64,000 bases of DNA from Lophium mytilinum (taxonomy: Eukaryota). The notes below the pieces were generated by a model. The model made no database searches and was not told the DNA's origin. It worked only from the letters and a program-made list of their open reading frames with translations. Made by a program: the position numbers and the translations under genes. The stretch spans positions 1,757,599-1,821,598 of the forward strand of contig MU004190.1 in assembly GCA_010093605.1 (NCBI GenBank), read 5' to 3'. Positions 59,321 through 64,000 of this stretch are shown piece by piece (within the stretch, counting starts at the first letter, position 1; every line of letters starts with the position of its first letter).

Positions 59321-62300
59321 CTACTCCCCATCTTCCTGCCCCCCATACTTCCTCACAATCTCCACAAAAACATGATCCAGCGTCGCCCTCCCCACACTAT
59401 AAAACTCCACCCCCAACCTCTCCTTCTCCCGCTCCAACAACCCAAACAACCCCTCCACCGCCAGCCCTTGCGCATTATCCATCGGCACCTCAAACCTCAC
59501 CTGTCCCCCCCTCGTCGCCCTCTCAATCCTCGCGCCCGGCACCACACCCAACACCCAAGCCTTAACCGCCTCCATCTCCGCCTCACTACTATGCGGCGCA
59601 CTCTTCATAACCACATGCACGAAATACGCATCCCCCGCCTCCCTCCGCATCTCCTCCCTCGTGCCCTGCGCCAGCATCCGCCGACTCACAATCCCAATCC
59701 TATCCGCCAGCGCATCCGCCTCCTCCATACTATGCGTCGTCAGCACGACCGCGCGGCCTTTCGCAACCGACTGCAGCGTGCGCCACAGCGTGCGCTTCGC
59801 CGACGCATCGAGCGCCGACGACGGCTCGTCGAGCAACAGCACCGCTGGGTTCCCGACCAGCGCAACCGCGAGGGATAGCTTGCGTTTCGTGCCTCCTGAG
59901 AGGCGGGCTGCGAGCTGCTTCTCCCACGGCCCGAGCCCGCACGCGGCGACGACGACGGCGACGTTGTGCGGGACGTCGCGCACGCCGCGGATGCGCGCGA
60001 AGAAGGTGAGGGTCTCGGTGACGGAGAGGTTGTCGGCGGCATCGAATTGGGGGCAGACGCCCAGCTTGGATCTTGCAGCGGCGATGTGCGTGAGGGCGGG
60101 GATGTTGGCGACGTGGATGCTTGGGTGGGGATTTGAGGGCGAGGGGGAGAGGTCGCCGCGGATGAGGGAGATGAGTGTGCTTTTGCCAGCGCCGTTAGGG
60201 CCGAGGAGCGCGTATATGGAAGAGCTGTGCACAGCGAAGGAGACGTCGTCGACAGCGAGATTTTTGCCGAATTTCTTGGTGATGTTGGCGACGCGGAGGG
60301 CGGTGCTGGTGGGGGTGGTGATGTGGGAGAGCTCGACGGCGTCGTCGTGGATGATGTTGAGGGCTTCGGGGTCTTTGGTTTGGATGGGGGTCCTGGCGAA
60401 GGGGGAGTGGAGCGCGAAGCCGCTGTCCCACCACAGGAGGAGCAGGAAGAGGAATGTACCTTGGAGGATGAGGTAGAGGATGGGACCGCCGTAGAGGGTG
60501 ATTGCTCCTGGATTCGAGGTACCTTCCTTGTGACATAGCAGAGCAAACTGCGATAGGCCGATACATAGGGCTTGTAGAAGATTGACGGCGGGTGAGATAA
60601 GCCCAACGGTCCAATGCATCTTGTCAATTTCGCCAAGAAGATCGATGAAGAGGGAGTTTGACTTGATACCAATCAGGCCACCGAAGTACGCAAAGTACAA
60701 TACGACCTGACCAAATGTAGCGAGCGCCCATGCAGCAACGGCGGACGGTGCAAACATCGAGATGACATAGCTCAGGAGAGCGGCAGTGATCCCATAGAGA
60801 AGCAGCACGACGAATATACACCCGATGCCGAACCAAGCTGGCGTAGCAATAGATAAAAGTCCGGTACACACGGCGGAAATGACGACGATGAAGCAGGAAT
60901 CGAATGCGAGATGGGACAGCCAGAGTGGAAGTGGTCTTACGCCGTTGGAATACTGCATCGACCGCACGTTGCGAATTCGCTCAGTCGTCGGGTATAATGC
61001 GAAGAAAGCTGGGTAGGCTGCCATAATAAGACCAAAATAGATGATGAAGGTCAGAGCTCTGAAATCAACAATGTCCGGCATAGAGATCTGTTGGAAATCC
61101 GCAAATCCGGTAGATATTGAAACACCGCCAACCAAGATGTTGAGCATGTTCAGCACGAAAACACCGTCATAGCCATTGTGGTCATAGCTTATAGAGTATG
61201 CCACAGTCGGCGGGTCTGACATAAAGATGCCTCCAGGGTTGATGGTATTCTGGAGCTTCGAAATGTAGGCCTTGAACTCATCCAATGTCTCAACCATGTG
61301 AATCCCGTCCTTGAGCTCAGTTACGTTGTTGAAGCCACTATACTCGGGATACTCTGTATACTTTGAAGCGTAGGTATCGGATATCTGCTTCAACGCACTG
61401 TCGGGAATCTTTGAAGACGGCCCCATAACCATGAGTAGTCCATAATGGGAACCAGACGAGAGATCTGATCTATAATCACTGACGTCGGTGAAAACCTCGG
61501 GTACAGGACATTGCAGTGGTAGCTTGTAAGACTTGATGAGCAGCGGGGCGATCCCAGCACCAACAATAGCGACTGCCACCGCAACGAAATACGGGACCCA
61601 GCTTCGTCGAAGGATGGAAAAGCGTTTGCGGACAAGAATACTCCACTGCTTTGTAGCAGATATCGGTCGACCGTCCTTAAGATGACCAATGCTATCATCA
61701 TCGATGGTGACGGTAGCTTCTTTCTCTTCCTCAGTGGCTATCTTGGCTGTCTTCTTGGAGGATTTGGTCTTGATTTTATGCTCGGCCGTCGTTCGTGGAT
61801 CATAGGTCTCGCCGGTGAGTTTCAAAAAGAGCTCTTCCATTGTCGGTCCAGAAACTTGATAATCGCTGATACCCTTCGCTTCGAGAACTCCGACAAGCTC
61901 AGCTGCGTGCGCACCATCCGGGAGCCGGAAGATGGTTTGATTGTGCGTATCGTCACGCGTAATCAAGTCTGATGATAAAGGAATATCAATATCCGTGGCA
62001 TCAGATAAGGTCACAGTGTAACCATTGCCGTATTGACTTTTGAGAGCTGCTGTCGATCCGGCGGCCTTCAACGCTCCTTTGAAGATGATGGCCACATCGT
62101 CGGCAAGATAGTCGGCTTCATCCAGGAAGTGAGTGGTCATGATGATCTAACTGTGATATTAGTGAGCTGCGACAGCACTCGATCGTGTATAACTTACAGT
62201 TCGTCTTCCGCGTTCGGCAAGCAGAATATCCCAAATCTTCCTGCGGGAGATAGGATCTAGTCCGGTGCTGACTTCATCCACACAGCAGACTGCACTGCCA

Positions 62301-64000
62301 CCTGCGAACATCATGGCGAGCTGAAGCTTCCGCTTTTGTCCTCCAGACAGTGTCTTCGATTTAGCATCCCGCTTGTTATCAAGATCACATGCTTTGATCA
62401 AAGCGTCGGTCTCTGTGTCGAGGTGGTACGTGCCGAGGGATTTGAGGGAAATGAAGGTCCGAATATGCTCTTTGACAGTCAACTCGCCCCTTACATCAGT
62501 TAGCATACGTCCTCCTTTTGTGCTTGACGATAAATAAAATCAAATTGAGCTCACCAAATCACATTCGCCTGGGGCGCAAAGCCCAGCCCCCCAGCAGGAT
62601 CGATGGAGATGGAGCCCCCGGTCGTCGTGATGGTTCCGGCGATAGCATTTAGAGTAGTCGATTTACCACTGCCATTAGGGCCCAGGAGTGCGAGAATCTG
62701 ACCATCGTATGCCTTGAGATCCAAATCCTTGACGGCATGCACGGTCTTCCTGCCTTTGAATAGGCTGCTCCATCCAAATGGCTTATACCTAAGAGATTAC
62801 GTTAGCAATCAGTTCGTTCTGGGAAGACCAAAGTGGCCAGCTTACGTTTTGCTGAAGTTCTTCAAGTCAACAGTTGCAGCTCTCGCGTCGGTCGGCGTGG
62901 CAAACCTGCGGCCTTTGGATGCTGTACCAAAAAGCAATACCTCTATGCCGAATGCCAACACTGGATAGAGGAAGATCTGTATAACCAGAAAAACCCACGA
63001 GAGATAGCCCTTGATGCGCCAAGCATCTTCCGGTGCCACTCCTGTCAGGCTCATCTTCATATTGTTGAGCTCAAATCTTGCACATGTCGTAATGTAGTAC
63101 GTGTAGTTCGACGTTGGGAATAGCAAACTAAGCGCTAGAGTAAGAGATCGGGTCTGCTTATAGAGTACCTGGGGCAAGATCGCCAGAACAACCGCGATGA
63201 CAGTCATGATGGATCCACTCAGTTGCGCTTTTCGAAAGAACACCGAGCCGAGGAGAGAGAAGGATATGAGAGCGAGGCCGGCGAGGAGGTGATAAACAAT
63301 GGAGATGGCAGCGGACGAGCGGGTGAAGACAACGGTGGCAATGACGATGCCGACTGCGAACCAGCTCGGCAAGTATATAGCTGTAAAGGAGATGTAGGTT
63401 GAGGCGAATCGAACGAAGCGAGCGCGCGACGAAGAGCCACCCGGGATCATAGAGTCGATGAGCTGAGATACACCCATTTCACGTTCGACAGCAACGAATC
63501 CGGTCAAGTGGTAGACGATGCCTACCAACGCGAAAGAGAAGATTGCCCCGAAGATGTCAACACAGAATTGGAGGTACTGCGTCTTCGTCTTGTTGAGTCG
63601 ATCTCTGTCTGTGTCATCCGTATAGAGTATGCTTTCAACCTTTGGAGGCAGCGAGCTTTTTCCAGAGATGGATAAGATTTGATTATCGATAGCGTTCTGC
63701 AATGGAAGCATGTACGTCTGGGCGTTGTATCTGCCACTATTGACATCGGTCAGACCCAAATTGGGGTCGGAACGAATGGTGTAATTCCAAATACTGGTGG
63801 ATGACGGTTCGGAGGAGCTTGACCAGAAGGCGATGCCGGCAAAGCAAGGAGATATGCCTTGCGCCTGAGCAGCACACTCGGACGACAAAGCCACGTAATC
63901 GGCAAACATGCGAGGGGTCTTTCCGGCTTTTCGAATCGTGTCGGAGAGAGAGGAGATAACCTTGGACACGTTGCCGTTCTTGAAGCCGCTGTCAAAAAAT
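59321..64000 (-). CDS. ABCA-subfamily full-length ABC transporter (5' end outside the window)
   Basis: Introns 62845-62789, 62554-62490 and 62197-62147. Two NBDs (GPNGSGKST / LSGGQKRKL / DEVSTGLD; GPNGAGKST / LSGGTKRKL / DEPSSALD / TTHSMEEA), each preceded by a TMD with a large extracellular loop. Confidence 0.95.

Noticed and set aside
59198..60672. Long antisense or alternate-frame ORFs over the ABC transporter (and similar ones over the hydrolase and DUF1223 genes)
   Set aside because: Shadow ORFs caused by high GC3 codon bias of the real genes.
1..64000. tRNA, rRNA or other known ncRNA genes
   Set aside because: None recognised by eye. tRNAscan-SE and Infernal would be needed to exclude them.

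Overview
Eukaryotic DNA from a filamentous ascomycete: short GT-AG introns with CTAAC-type branch sites, a RIP-mutated transposon and fungal NLR genes. A Dothideomycete is my inference. The window has five parts. (1) 1-15.9 kb: three tandem membrane-anchored J-domain (DnaJ) paralogues, a secreted alpha/beta hydrolase, two GFA/Mss4-like genes and a BTB gene. Each gap from 4.4 to 13.9 kb holds an array of one unclassified repeat, whose 124-125 bp core is bounded by inverted CCACTG...CAGTGG arms. (2) 16-27 kb: gene-poor, with a 1713 bp RIP-destroyed Tc1/mariner element with intact TIRs. (3) 28-42 kb: an immune island of two head-to-head pairs. One is a ~2225 aa PNP_UDP-NB-ARC-TPR NLR with a long C-terminal extension, facing a DUF6594-like membrane protein. 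The other is a NACHT-helical-repeat NLR facing a HeLo-like protein. The NACHT NLR has a hidden first exon (missed by the ORF track) encoding a duplicated 15-aa motif that matches a two-repeat, HET-s-like motif in the HeLo-like neighbour. This candidate amyloid-signalling receptor/executioner pair is the best finding in the window. (4) 42-49 kb: a membrane protein, a DUF1223 protein and a beta-lactamase-family gene. (5) 49-59 kb: an orphan-, pseudogene- and repeat-rich island, followed by an ABCA transporter that runs off the window end. All gene models were derived by hand from splice signals and frame checks, and no database searches were run.
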